Shown: positions 50,808 to 61,208 of the stretch, in pieces | How the letters are laid out: every line of letters starts with the position of its first letter | How positions within the stretch are numbered: the first letter of the stretch is position 1 | Origin: Myxococcota bacterium | GTDB lineage: Bacteria > Myxococcota_A > UBA9042 > PHBI01 > JAWLBL01 | Direction: 5' to 3' | Length of the DNA: 64,000 nucleotides | NCBI GenBank assembly: GCA_041687695.1 | Contig: JAWLBL010000006.1 | Coordinates: 64,001 to 128,000, forward strand | Made by a program: the position numbers and the translations under genes | The notes under the pieces: generated by a model | The model's database searches: none | What the model was told of the DNA's origin: nothing | What the model saw: only the letters and a program-made list of their open reading frames with translations

Positions 50808-53800
50808 AGCTTGCCCTGGAAGGAGGTGAAGGGCATCAGGACCTTCAGCGTGGCCTCGGTCGGGTAGCGGCGCTCGAAGCGGGCGCGGCTCAGCTGGCGC
50901 AGCGTGGTCACGTCCGTGGCGTCTTCCATCCAGCACTCGCGCGAGAAGAAGGTGTCGAGGGACTGGCGCATGGCGGCCAGGTTGGCGGCGTTGGCCGGCC
51001 GCCCGTACCGGGTCAGCGTCGCCTTGGCGTAGGCGTCGTCGAACACCGGGGCCGAGCCCTCGCGGGCGCGCCAGTCGTTGGCGCCGGTGGTCGACGCCGT
51101 GGAGAAGAAGCGGGTCTTGGGGTTGGCGACCGCGGGGCCGTAGGTGGTGTGGCCGATGACGGCGCCCTCGCGCTTGCCCTCGGCGTGCAGGGCGTCGCGC
51201 CAGGCGTCGGCCATGCCGCCCTCTTGCTTGGCGGCGGTGCTGCAGGCGAACAGGCGGACGCGCACGTCGCTCGACAGGTGCCGGGCCATGCGCGAGACCA
51301 GCGACGGCACGTCGGCCTGGCCGATGTGGGCGCCGGCCGCCGCCCCGCGGCCGTGCATCGAGCCCGAGGAGCCGTGGGTCGCCAGGGCCAGGAAGCGGAC
51401 GCGCGCGACCTGCGCGTCGGCGGCGGCGCGCGCGGGTGTGGCCGGGTTGGCGGCCAGCAGGGCGGCCACGGCGGCGGACGTCGAGGCGACCAGCTTCGGG
51501 ATGTCGTCCTTGGTGCGGTAGGTCAGGTGACGGCCCAGCTCGACCTTGCCGCGGTCGGCGGCCACCGCGCCCTCGGCGCTGGCGAACTGCTTGGCCTCCC
51601 ACTGGAAGACCAGGTTGTTCTTGCAGGCGACGGTGCCGACCCGCTGGCGGAGGTTGGTGTCCGCGAACATGGCCGCGTTGACGGCTGCGACGTCGTGCAT
51701 GGCCGCGGCGATCTGGTTGCGTTGCGCCTTCGTGGCCTGGGTGACGTCGGCGGGCAGGGGCGAGGTCGGCTTGCGCGCCGCGGACCACAGCCGCTGCAGG
51801 CGCGGGTGGTCGGCCGGGGTCGCGGCCATCTGCGACAGCACGTAGCGGAAGGCGTAGGGGTCCAGGTCACCGGGCCCCTTGGCCTGCTTGGCCGCGTCGG
51901 CGCCGCTCTGGAACGCGTCCGGGATGCTCAAGGCGACCACCACGCCGCCAGGGAAGCGTTGCCGCAGCGCGTCGGCCGCCCCGGGATCCTTCAGCGCCTT
52001 GGCGTCCAGCGGCGTCGTCGGCTCTCCGCCGCCCTTGCCCTTCGGCTCGGGCAGCAGCCGGACGTGGCGCGGCTCGCTCGGCTCCTTGACGGTCGAGCCG
52101 CCCAGCGAGGGCTTCTTCATCGGGCCGGTGTAGCGGTACGCCTTGGCGTTGCCGCTCTTGACCCGCGCGGCGATGTCGTCCGCGGTCCAGGCGCCGGTCA
52201 GCCCGATGTAGCCCATGTTGTAGCCGGCCTGGATGACGTTGCCGAAGGTCAAGGTCTCGTCGCCCACCTTGCGGCTGCCCACGCCCTTGGTCGGCACCGC
52301 CAGCGCGATGTGGCCGGTCGTGTAGGCGTCCTGCTCGCCGGCCTTCCGGCCCGCCTTCAGGTCGCCCCGCGACAGGATGAAGACCAGCTCGCCCCGGTTG
52401 ACGTGCTCGTCCCAGATGGCCCGATGCAGGTCCAGGTCGGGCAGGGCCAGCACCTGGAAGTCCTTGGGCGGCGCCTTCTCGTAGACCGTGAACATGTCGC
52501 TGGTCCGATGCGCGCGCGAGACGTTGGCGTGGGCCAGGTTGTCCAGCGCGTCGATGACCAGGTGGTTGCAGTAGGTGGCGCTCGGCCGCTCGACGTAACC
52601 CCGCTGCTTGCCCCAGTTCGGGTCGTCATCGTCGTTGCCCTGCCGCAGCCGCGTCCACAGCTCCGAGGCGACCGCGCCGCCGCCCACCGCCTCCATGAAG
52701 GCCACCTCGTCGTCGAAGGACCCGACGATGAGCGCCTTGGCCTGCGCGCCGGTCCGCCACGCCGCCGCCTGGCCGGCTTTGACGTACACGCGGCTGCCCG
52801 CCGGCAGGTTGTCCCCCATGTTGCCGATCTGGAACAGCACCTCGAGCGCCTGGTGGTCGCCGTCGACCTCGAGCAGCCGGTAGGGGACGTTGCGCCCCGC
52901 CAGATAGTTGGTCTTGTCGAACCGCCCGTCCCGCTTCACGTACAGCCACGGGCTCGAGGTCGAAAAGCGCACCTTCGGGTCGTCGTGCACCCGCCGGAGA
53001 TCCGACAGGTCCCCAGGCGGCGCCGGCTCGCCGCCGCCCCGCAGCGCCTTGCCGCCCTTGGGGTCGACCGGGCCGACGTCCTTGCCCGTCCCCAGCGCCG
53101 GGTAGCGCGCCGCAACGTCCAGCGCCACGTCCGCCGCCCGCACCAGCCGGTCGAAGGCCTCGGCGTCCCCGTCCTTCATCGCCCAGCGCGCCAGCACCCC
53201 CAGCTCCAACGCCCAGCTCCCGTGCGCCGCCAGCAACTCGAACGGCCGCATCACGTCCCACGTCGGCCGCGCCTCCATCAGCCGCGCCCGCGCCGGCCCC
53301 ACGAACGCGTCCAGCTGCCGGGCCCCCGCCTCGCTCGCGTGCACCGCGTCGACCCGCCGCCGCAGCGCCACGTCCGCCTCCAGCGCGAACAGCCGCGCCG
53401 CCCGCGCCCCGTCGATCACCCGCGGCCGGTCCGGCGCCGCCGGCTCCTCCCGCGCCTCCTGCGGCCCCTTCCCCCGCGCCTGCTCCATCCGCCGCTCGAT
53501 GAGCGCCAGCGCCCCGTCCAGATCCAGCGCCGCCCCCGCGTCGGCCGGCCGCGTCTTCGGCCGCGCCGCCGACAGCTTGCCGACGTCCCCCGTCCCCTCG
53601 CGGATGACGTCCGCCAGCGTCTTGCCGCCCGCCTTCCTGGCCCTGGGCGCGTACGCCCCGCGGAAGAAGTCCTCGATCTCCTGCGTCCACGCCGCCGGGT
53701 CGTCCACCGCCACGCCCGCGAAGCGCGCCTTCGTCTCGGCGAAGGCCGCCGCGAACAGGTCCTCTCGCTTGCCCAGGTGGTCGCTCGTGTAGGCGTAGCA

Positions 53801-56800
53801 GTACCGGGTCAGCGGCGCCCAGATGTAGTCGTAGGCGCTGTGCCCCCCCTGCACCTTCTTGTTCACCGCCATGTGGCGCTCCTCGGCGATGGCCCGCCCC
53901 GTGATCGCCGCCTGCACCCGCGGGTCGGCCATCAGCGCGTTCATCACCGCCAGCTTCGCCACGTCGTAGCGCATGACCAGCTGCGGCAGGTTGCTGGCCC
54001 CGGACCCCGCCTTCCCCTTCGCCGACAGCGTCCGGTCCGCATGGAAGGACGTCTTCACGTTCGCCTCGAGCAGCGCCCTCGCCTCGGCGTCCCCCGCCTT
54101 GCCCGCCGCCGCCAGCGTCGCCAGCCCGTCCTTCAGCGGGTCGCGCCCGTACGCGGCCAGGATCGCCCGCACCTGCGCCTCCGAGCCCTCGCTCCGCTCC
54201 GAGTACGTCTTGCCGTCGGCCGCGTCGACCTCGAAGAAGAACCACTGCGCCGTCTTCGCGTCCCCGCCGACCGGCCGCACACGCACCCCGACCGACGCCA
54301 GCAGCGCCCCGATCTCGCCCCGCGCGTCGTGCCGCATGGCCTGCCCGAACGCGTTCGCCAGCAGGCTGCACCCGTGGCCGTAGTCGGTGCCGGCCAGCCC
54401 GTCGAGCCCCATCGTCACGTGCATCCGGTCGTACGTGTTCGACGCGAAGTGCCCCAGCTCGCCGCCCTCGGTCGCCCCCTTCGCCCGATAGATGGCCAGC
54501 TCGTCGTCGCTCGCCCCCAGCGCCTCCTGCACCAGCGCCCAGTGGTGGCCCTTGCCCGCCGCCGTCGCCCGCTCGCCGTCCACCGTCACGCCGTGGATCA
54601 TCCAGCCCGACAGCCACCGGTTCGACGCGTCGTGCCGGGTCATCGCGGTCCACCGGTACACCAGCGTGACGTTGCCCACCTTCACCGTGCAGGTCGTCTC
54701 GAACGGCACCAGCTCCCGCGTCGAGTAGACCGGCTTCACCTCGCCCACCGCGCCCAGCGCCAGCGCGCCCTCCACGGCCGCCCCACCCGCCTTCCGCGCG
54801 TCCTTCACCCACAGCGCCGCGAAGTCGTCGTCCTCCGGCGTCGTCCGCGCCGGCCGCAGCCCCTCCGCCCGCTCATGCCACCGCGCCGCCTCCGCCTCGC
54901 TCAGCAGCCCCAGCCCCTTGGCCTCGCCGACCCGCCCCAGCGCCCGCTGATACGCCGCCTCGCTCGGCGCCCCCCGCAGCGCCGCGCCCAGCAGCGCCTC
55001 CACCTCGCGCCCGATCTCGGCCCGCATCGCCGCCGCGTCCCCCCCGAGCGCCCCCAGCGGCTCCACGAACCCCCGCCGCACCTCCGCCAGCCCGGCCAGC
55101 CCCGCCGCCCGCGCCTGCATCCACCGCCGAAACGCCTTGCCCTGCGCCCCCGGCGGCATCCCCGCGACCTCCGCCGCCTCCGGTCGCCACCCCTTCAGCC
55201 CCGCGGTCGCCGCCTCGCCGTGGACCTTCGCCCCCTTCCCCAGGTACCAGGCCTCCTCGGCCGCCGGCGTCGCCCCGAACACCTTCCCGGTGAACGCCTC
55301 CCGCACCGCCTCCGCCCCCGCCAGCCGCGGCACCTGCCGCGCCACCTCGCCCCGGTCCACCTCGACCGCCACCGCCAGCGCCACCAGCGCCGCCCCCTCC
55401 AGCGTCCCCACCGTCACCCGCCGCCCCGCCACCGGGTCGTCCACCTCCCACCCGTCGTCCACCCGCCCCACGACCCGCCGCACCTCGGCGCCCGGCCCGA
55501 CCGCCAGCACGGCCTGCCCGCTGCCCAGCGCGCCCGAGACCCCGTCCGGCGCCACCACCTCGGCCCCGACCCCGAACGCCCGCGCCAACGCCGCCACGCC
55601 GCCCGCGTCCAGCGCCTCCGGCAGCCCGCGCTCGAGCCGCACCATCTCCAGCGCGTCCGCGAAGCACCCCGCCTCGGGGTAGGGCGAGGCCACCCCCAGC
55701 GTCTCCAGCGCCAGCCCCAGCGCGGCCAGCGGCCCCCGCCGCGCCTCCGTCACCACCGTCGCGGCCGCCGCCGGGACCAGCTTCGCCTTGCGCTGAAGCC
55801 GCTCGAACCACGCCTGCCGCGTCGGCCCGTGCGCCACCCCCACCACGAACGCCCGGCAGCGCGCGATCTCCAGGGCGCTCAGCGTCTCGCGGTGCAGCAG
55901 CCGCTCCTCGTCGGTCGCCACCCGCAGCGCCGCCCGCGGCGCATGGACCGGCCGCCCCCGATGCAGCACCTCCACGAAGTCCGGGTCGTTGTCGGCGGTC
56001 TTCCCCACCAGCGCCGCCGGGTCCTCGCCCAGCTCGCCCACCGGCCGGGCCGTGTCCTCGGCATACACCCCGGCGTAGACCGGCACCTTCGCCCCGGCCA
56101 CCGCCGGCCGCAGGTAGTCCACGACCGTCAGCCCGCTCGGGGTCACTCCCAGCAGCGTCCGCTGCGGCGCCTCGGCCTCCACCCGCGCCTCGTTCGTGAA
56201 CGCCGTGTCCAGCCACCCGAGCCGCGCCGGCCCGCCCTCGGGCGCGTCCACCAGCGCCCGCGCCCAGGTCCGCCCGCCCGCCTCGCGCCGCTCGCGCGTG
56301 ACCGGCACCCGGTCGCCCACCCGCAGGTCCCGCAGCCGCGGCGCGTGGTGGTCCGGCTGCGCATGGACCCCCAGCACCAGCTCGACCAGCTCCTGATAGA
56401 CCGCCGTCAGGAACGCGTCCGGCCGGGTCCCCGCCTCGGCCGGCTCGGCCGCCTCCAGCGCGCCAGCGTCCACTCGGCTGCCGGCCGCCGGCTCCGTCGC
56501 CAGCTCGGGCGCCCGCGTCCCCGCCCCCGGCAACCCGGCCAGCCCCAGCGGCGCCAGCGCCTCGGCCAGCGTCGCCTCCAGATCCGCCAGCGACTTCACC
56601 GTGTCGACCCGCGCCTCGATGGCCCCGTCGAACCCCGTCGCCGCCCGCGCCTCGGCCGGCCCCCGCGGCGTCTGCGCGAGGATCCATGGCTCCAGCAGCG
56701 CCGGCGCCGCCTCGCCGGTCCCCACCAGCGCCGCGACCGTCCCCGGAGGCGGCGAGTCGCCCGGCCCGATCCGGCCCCCGGTCAGCCGCCCCGCCAGCTC

Positions 56801-57676
56801 GCCCGCGTCGCGGTGCCCCAGCCGGTGCGCCACGGTGCGCAGCCGGTCCTTGCGGTGGGCCCGCAGCGCCTCGGGGTCCGTCGCTCGCAGCGCGCGCCGC
56901 TCGTCCCGGCTCAGCCGCTCGACCTGGAAGTGCCGCCAATACGTCGCGACGTCGCCCAGGTACTGCTGCGCCACCCGCCCGGCCAGCACGCGCCGCGTCA
57001 GCTCGGCCGTCATCGCGTCGACGTCCTCGCGGGTCAGCGCCAGGCCCTTGACGAAGACCAGCTGGTTGACCAGCTCCGACACGCGCTGCAGGACCAGCGC
57101 CCGGTCCCCCGGCACCTCGCGCCCGTGCGCGTCGACCGCCGCCTCGGCCAGCCGCGCCGGCTCGGCCGCGTCACCCATCAGGCCCAGGTGGGTCAGCCGC
57201 GCGCGCCGCCGCGCCCGCGCCCGCTCGGGGAACAGCAACGGATCGACCCCGGCGATCTCGGCCTCGGCGTTCGCCTCGTGCGCTTCGTTGCTCGCCACCT
57301 GCGCGGCGCTCACCTCGGCCTCGGCGGCGTCGACGGGCCGCTCGCGCTCGGCGTCCAGGGCCTGTGGCTGCTGCTTGAGCCGAGCCCGGAAGGCGCCGAC
57401 CCGCAGGTCCTGCGCCTCCTTGTCGGCCAGCGCGTCGGCCGAGAGCGTGGCCTTCGGGTCCAGAGGCGCCGGCTCGGCCTCGGGCGCGGGCGTCGGCGTG
57501 GGCTCCTGCGGTCGCGGCCGGACGGCCTCGCGCGCCTCCTCGTACCCCTGCGGCGTCCGCTCGTCGGTGGCCAGCGGCGACCGCTCGGCGCGGGCCAGCT
57601 CGCTCGCCTGGTCGTCGTGGCGCGGCGCGTGCGGCGTCAGGGTCGGGACCGGTTCCTGGTGGCGCGGGACGACCAT
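50804..57676 (-). CDS. Giant (~2290 aa) multi-domain effector/toxin-like protein
   Basis: Long open frame with GC3 bias; GAGGAG RBS before ATG 57676; CHAP/NlpC-like TYCN...GHIA...QAG and C-terminal HG...FACST motifs. Confidence 0.7.
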   Translation of the reverse strand: MVVPRHQEPVPTLTPHAPRHDDQASELARAERSPLATDERTPQGYEEAREAVRPRPQEPTPTPAPEAEPAPLDPKATLSADALADKEAQDLRVGAFRARLKQQPQALDAERERPVDAAEAEVSAAQVASNEAHEANAEAEIAGVDPLLFPERARARRRARLTHLGLMGDAAEPARLAEAAVDAHGREVPGDRALVLQRVSELVNQLVFVKGLALTREDVDAMTAELTRRVLAGRVAQQYLGDVATYWRHFQVERLSRDERRALRATDPEALRAHRKDRLRTVAHRLGHRDAGELAGRLTGGRIGPGDSPPPGTVAALVGTGEAAPALLEPWILAQTPRGPAEARAATGFDGAIEARVDTVKSLADLEATLAEALAPLGLAGLPGAGTRAPELATEPAAGSRVDAGALEAAEPAEAGTRPDAFLTAVYQELVELVLGVHAQPDHHAPRLRDLRVGDRVPVTRERREAGGRTWARALVDAPEGGPARLGWLDTAFTNEARVEAEAPQRTLLGVTPSGLTVVDYLRPAVAGAKVPVYAGVYAEDTARPVGELGEDPAALVGKTADNDPDFVEVLHRGRPVHAPRAALRVATDEERLLHRETLSALEIARCRAFVVGVAHGPTRQAWFERLQRKAKLVPAAAATVVTEARRGPLAALGLALETLGVASPYPEAGCFADALEMVRLERGLPEALDAGGVAALARAFGVGAEVVAPDGVSGALGSGQAVLAVGPGAEVRRVVGRVDDGWEVDDPVAGRRVTVGTLEGAALVALAVAVEVDRGEVARQVPRLAGAEAVREAFTGKVFGATPAAEEAWYLGKGAKVHGEAATAGLKGWRPEAAEVAGMPPGAQGKAFRRWMQARAAGLAGLAEVRRGFVEPLGALGGDAAAMRAEIGREVEALLGAALRGAPSEAAYQRALGRVGEAKGLGLLSEAEAARWHERAEGLRPARTTPEDDDFAALWVKDARKAGGAAVEGALALGAVGEVKPVYSTRELVPFETTCTVKVGNVTLVYRWTAMTRHDASNRWLSGWMIHGVTVDGERATAAGKGHHWALVQEALGASDDELAIYRAKGATEGGELGHFASNTYDRMHVTMGLDGLAGTDYGHGCSLLANAFGQAMRHDARGEIGALLASVGVRVRPVGGDAKTAQWFFFEVDAADGKTYSERSEGSEAQVRAILAAYGRDPLKDGLATLAAAGKAGDAEARALLEANVKTSFHADRTLSAKGKAGSGASNLPQLVMRYDVAKLAVMNALMADPRVQAAITGRAIAEERHMAVNKKVQGGHSAYDYIWAPLTRYCYAYTSDHLGKREDLFAAAFAETKARFAGVAVDDPAAWTQEIEDFFRGAYAPRARKAGGKTLADVIREGTGDVGKLSAARPKTRPADAGAALDLDGALALIERRMEQARGKGPQEAREEPAAPDRPRVIDGARAARLFALEADVALRRRVDAVHASEAGARQLDAFVGPARARLMEARPTWDVMRPFELLAAHGSWALELGVLARWAMKDGDAEAFDRLVRAADVALDVAARYPALGTGKDVGPVDPKGGKALRGGGEPAPPGDLSDLRRVHDDPKVRFSTSSPWLYVKRDGRFDKTNYLAGRNVPYRLLEVDGDHQALEVLFQIGNMGDNLPAGSRVYVKAGQAAAWRTGAQAKALIVGSFDDEVAFMEAVGGGAVASELWTRLRQGNDDDDPNWGKQRGYVERPSATYCNHLVIDALDNLAHANVSRAHRTSDMFTVYEKAPPKDFQVLALPDLDLHRAIWDEHVNRGELVFILSRGDLKAGRKAGEQDAYTTGHIALAVPTKGVGSRKVGDETLTFGNVIQAGYNMGYIGLTGAWTADDIAARVKSGNAKAYRYTGPMKKPSLGGSTVKEPSEPRHVRLLPEPKGKGGGEPTTPLDAKALKDPGAADALRQRFPGGVVVALSIPDAFQSGADAAKQAKGPGDLDPYAFRYVLSQMAATPADHPRLQRLWSAARKPTSPLPADVTQATKAQRNQIAAAMHDVAAVNAAMFADTNLRQRVGTVACKNNLVFQWEAKQFASAEGAVAADRGKVELGRHLTYRTKDDIPKLVASTSAAVAALLAANPATPARAAADAQVARVRFLALATHGSSGSMHGRGAAAGAHIGQADVPSLVSRMARHLSSDVRVRLFACSTAAKQEGGMADAWRDALHAEGKREGAVIGHTTYGPAVANPKTRFFSTASTTGANDWRAREGSAPVFDDAYAKATLTRYGRPANAANLAAMRQSLDTFFSRECWMEDATDVTTLRQLSRARFERRYPTEATLKVLMPFTSFQGKL

Positions 57677-57881
57677 GCGGGGCTGCTCCTCGCGCCGCCC
57701 TGCGACGCCTGGACTCGGGGTGGAACCCGGCCAGCCTACGGACCGCGCGCCGCCTCGGGATCTCACCGGAATCTCACCCGTCGCGGCAGACGCTCGCGCC
57801 GACCCCACACCTGCCGGCAGGTGGCGGCGCAGCTGCAGCTGAAGTAGCTCCGCGGGGCCGGGGTCGGGTAGGGTCGGCCCC

Positions 57882-58820
57882 ATGGAGGACCCGACCCTGG
57901 TCTCGTTCGTGGTCGAGCCGTCGTGCGACGGCTGGCGGCTCGATCGCTACCTGTGCCACAAGCTGCCGCGCCTGAGCCGCAATCGGGCCCAGTGGCTCAT
58001 CCGGCAGCGGCTGGTCGCCGACCGGGTCCTCAAGCCCGGCACGCTGGTCCGCGCGGGGTTGGCCTTCAGCCTGCGCCACGAGGGGCAGGCCGTCGCGCCG
58101 CCGCCGCCGCTGGTGGTCCTGCACGCCGACGAGGCGGTGGTGGTGGTCGACAAGCCCGCCGGCGTGCCGATGCACCCGACGGCGCGCTATCGCCGGGGCA
58201 CCCTGGCGTGTCTGCTGCGCGAGCGCTTCGGCCCCGAGTGCGAGGCCGCCCACCGGCTGGATCTAGAGACCTCGGGCGTGCTGGTCTGCGCCCTGGGGTC
58301 GGCCCACCGCCGCCGCGTGGGCGAGGCCTTCGCCGCCGGCCAGGTCGACAAGACCTACCTGGCCCTGGTCGAGGGCCACCCGCCGCAGGACGCCTTCGTC
58401 GTCGACGCCCCCATCGCCGAGGGCACCGCCCTGGTCCGTGTCGCCGTGCGCATCGACCCCGCCGGCAAGCCTGCGCGCACGGCCTTCGAGGTCGTCCGCC
58501 GCTTCGGGCCGCCCGACACGCCGCTGGCGCTGGTCCGCGCCCACCCGGAGACCGGCCGCCAGCACCAGCTCCGCGTGCACCTGGCCCACGCCGGCCACCC
58601 GATCGTCGGCGACAAGATCTACGGCCCCGACCCGCTGTACTTCGACCGCCACAGCCGCGGCGCGCTCGAGGCCGAGGCCATGGAGCGCCTGCGCCTGCCG
58701 CGGCAGGCCCTGCACGCCTGGCGCACCCGCTTTCCGCACCCGCTCACCGGCGCCGCCGTGAGCTGCGAGGCCCCGCTGCCCGAGGACCTCGCCGCCTTCG
58801 TCGCGCGCCACGACCGCTGA
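57882..58820 (+). CDS. RluA/RluD family pseudouridine synthase
   Basis: RLDRYL, VDKPAG, HRLDLETSG, TGRQHQLRVH, IVGDKIYG, QALHA. Confidence 0.92.
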   Translation: MEDPTLVSFVVEPSCDGWRLDRYLCHKLPRLSRNRAQWLIRQRLVADRVLKPGTLVRAGLAFSLRHEGQAVAPPPPLVVLHADEAVVVVDKPAGVPMHPTARYRRGTLACLLRERFGPECEAAHRLDLETSGVLVCALGSAHRRRVGEAFAAGQVDKTYLALVEGHPPQDAFVVDAPIAEGTALVRVAVRIDPAGKPARTAFEVVRRFGPPDTPLALVRAHPETGRQHQLRVHLAHAGHPIVGDKIYGPDPLYFDRHSRGALEAEAMERLRLPRQALHAWRTRFPHPLTGAAVSCEAPLPEDLAAFVARHDR

Positions 58821-58833
58821 GCCGCGCCCGCCC

Positions 58834-60984
58834 TCAGTCGGGCGTGCAGCCGTCGCCGCCGCAGACGTCGATGATCTCGCCGGTCCGGAAGAAGTGGACC
58901 ATCTGCTGCTGGTGGTGGTCGGCCCGCCGGGGCTTCTCGTGCGGGTCGCCCAGGTCGTCTTCCGGCGGGATGTTGCCCGGCGGCGGCCACGGGTTGCCGA
59001 AATCGTACAGGACGACGCCCGACCCCTGGTGCGGGTAGGGCTGCTCGGTGAGGCCCCAGACGTCGGCGCCGTAGTGGGCCATCAGCGGGATGCCGACGTC
59101 GGTCCGCGCCAGGATCTCGTTGGTCATCACCGACACCTGGTAGTCGCCCTTGGCCGGCGCGACGATGACGTCGTGGCTGGGCGTGCCGGGCAGCGGGTCG
59201 GCCTTGAGGCGCCGGTAGTAGCTGACCGGGTCGGTCGCGTCCCACAGCAGCTGCGCCAGCGCGATGAGGATCGTCTGGTCGGCCCGGTCGGGGTAGCGCA
59301 GGTTCATCAGCGTCAGCGACGCCTCGAAGTCGTGCGAGCGGTGCAGCAGGGTCGCGTAGTTGTTGCCCGGGACGCCCAGATGGCCGCGCGTCAGATCGGT
59401 GCTGAGCGCGACGACCGTCCCTCCGAAGATGCCGCCCTGCGAGATGCCCGAGTAGAACAGCTCGTCCTGGTCGACGACGACGCCGCGATCGGTCAGCTCG
59501 GGCAGCTGGGGCAGGCGCTGGCGCATCGCCCGCTGCAGCAGCAGGAACTCGAGCACGCCCTGATGCAGCCGGTCGCCGACCCACCGGAAGTGGCTCATCT
59601 CGACCAGCGCCGACGCGACCAGCGGCACGTCCGCGCCCGACATCCCCGTCCAATCGCAGGCGAAGAAGATGAGGTCGTGGGCGTTGGCGATCTTGCCGTT
59701 GTAGCCGGCCTCGACCTCGCCCTGGCCGCCCAGCAGGCCGTGGCCGTACTGCACGAGGCCGTGCGGCGTGCCGTCCAGCGCGCTGTGCGGGATGCGCACG
59801 GTGAACGTCGGCTCGCGCCACCCCGCCGGCTCGGGCAGGCCGTCCTCGCCGCGGCTGGTGCGCCAGCCGCTCGCGTACTGGCCCTCGTCGGGCACCATGT
59901 ACTCGGGCACCCGGAAGGTGCCGCGGATCATCAGCGCGACGTCGGGGTTCACCGGCGCGCCGCTGCCGTCGTCCTCGGCGAGGTAGCTCACGACCTCGGT
60001 GACGGTCAGCTCGGGGCCGTCCTCGCCCACCAGGGCCTGCGCCTCGTCGCGCATGTGCAGGATGTCGCCGTGCAGGGCGTCGCTGCTGGCCGTGACGAAG
60101 TCCCAGGTCAGCTGCAGCGCGTCGGTCTCGACGCCCGCCGCCTCGAGCAGCCCGAACACCTCGTCGAAGCGCGCCTGCCGCTCGGCCAGCAGCGGCTCAC
60201 CCTCGGTGTCGCCGCCCCGCAGCCTCACGAACGCCTCGCTGGGCGCGAAGGCCTGCCCGTCCGCGTCGCGTAGCTCGCGGAAGGCGACCACGTACCGCGT
60301 GGCCTCCTTCAGGATGATCGCCGGCCGCACGAAAAGGACGCGCCGCGCCGGGTCGGCCTCGCGCTGGTCCAGCTCGGCGAAGTAGGGCACCCGCGTCAGG
60401 CCGTCCTCGCCCACCTCGAACAGCAAGATGGCCGCGTCGGCGTCCAGCGAGGCCCCGATGGCCAGCTCGTCGGGCAGCCCCGTCGCGTCCAGGTTCGGGA
60501 AGTGCGCCATGATGGGCGTCCCCAGGCCGTACCCGTCCATGCGGCGCCAGGGCGCGGGGTCGACCCGGTCGCCGTCCAGGTTCACCGGCAGGCTGTCGGC
60601 GAAGCTGAGCGTGTAGCCGGTCGCGCGCGCCGGATCGGGCTCGAGGTACAGGTTCGACGGCCAGGGCAGGGCGCAGACCGTCGGCACCAGCGGGTCGCAG
60701 CGCTCCGCGCTGGGCGTCGGCCCACCGTCGCTCCCGTCGCCCGCGTCGCCCGCGTCGCCCTCGGCGTCTGCGTCGGACGCCAGCGTGTCCTCGTCGACGT
60801 CCGGCGTCTTGGCGTCGTCCTCGCCGTCCTCGGCGGCGTCGGCGGCGTCGACCGACCCGCTGGCCGGCTCGGTCCCGCAGCCGGCTGCGGCGGCCAGCGC
60901 CGGCCCGAAGCCGAGACACACCCCGAACGCCCACGCCCTCGTCCACCGCCGCATCGTCGCCTCCCGATCGAGATCGGGCGCCAT
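58834..60984 (-). CDS. Secreted lipoprotein, alpha/beta-hydrolase (extracellular lipase-like)
   Basis: Lipobox AAGC; LPWPSN..., YGHGLLG, GISQGG nucleophile elbow, C-terminal PH. Start may be 60954. Confidence 0.75.
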   Translation of the reverse strand: MAPDLDREATMRRWTRAWAFGVCLGFGPALAAAAGCGTEPASGSVDAADAAEDGEDDAKTPDVDEDTLASDADAEGDAGDAGDGSDGGPTPSAERCDPLVPTVCALPWPSNLYLEPDPARATGYTLSFADSLPVNLDGDRVDPAPWRRMDGYGLGTPIMAHFPNLDATGLPDELAIGASLDADAAILLFEVGEDGLTRVPYFAELDQREADPARRVLFVRPAIILKEATRYVVAFRELRDADGQAFAPSEAFVRLRGGDTEGEPLLAERQARFDEVFGLLEAAGVETDALQLTWDFVTASSDALHGDILHMRDEAQALVGEDGPELTVTEVVSYLAEDDGSGAPVNPDVALMIRGTFRVPEYMVPDEGQYASGWRTSRGEDGLPEPAGWREPTFTVRIPHSALDGTPHGLVQYGHGLLGGQGEVEAGYNGKIANAHDLIFFACDWTGMSGADVPLVASALVEMSHFRWVGDRLHQGVLEFLLLQRAMRQRLPQLPELTDRGVVVDQDELFYSGISQGGIFGGTVVALSTDLTRGHLGVPGNNYATLLHRSHDFEASLTLMNLRYPDRADQTILIALAQLLWDATDPVSYYRRLKADPLPGTPSHDVIVAPAKGDYQVSVMTNEILARTDVGIPLMAHYGADVWGLTEQPYPHQGSGVVLYDFGNPWPPPGNIPPEDDLGDPHEKPRRADHHQQQMVHFFRTGEIIDVCGGDGCTPD

Positions 60985-61208
60985 GATGCCAAGGCCGCGC
61001 GGACATTGCGAAACGAATCGAGCCCTGCGCGCTCGTCACCCGAGGGGACGGTCGCGCAGGGCTCGGGGGTCGCCGCGTCCCGGTTCGCAGCGGACGACCG
61101 GCGCGCCGGGACGCGGCGGCCGTCGTGGAGACACGCCACGAGGGAGGCGGAGCGTCGACCTCCCCCGCGGCGTGAGGCACCCGGGAACAGAAGCCGTCGG
61201 GAACCCGA

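Noticed and set aside
45705..57847. Very long opposite-strand ORFs (1520 aa, 2232 aa; similarly 34913-39700 and 9008-12067)
   Set aside because: Shadow frames typical of high-GC DNA; Arg/Gly/Pro-rich with no motifs, overlapping well-supported genes.
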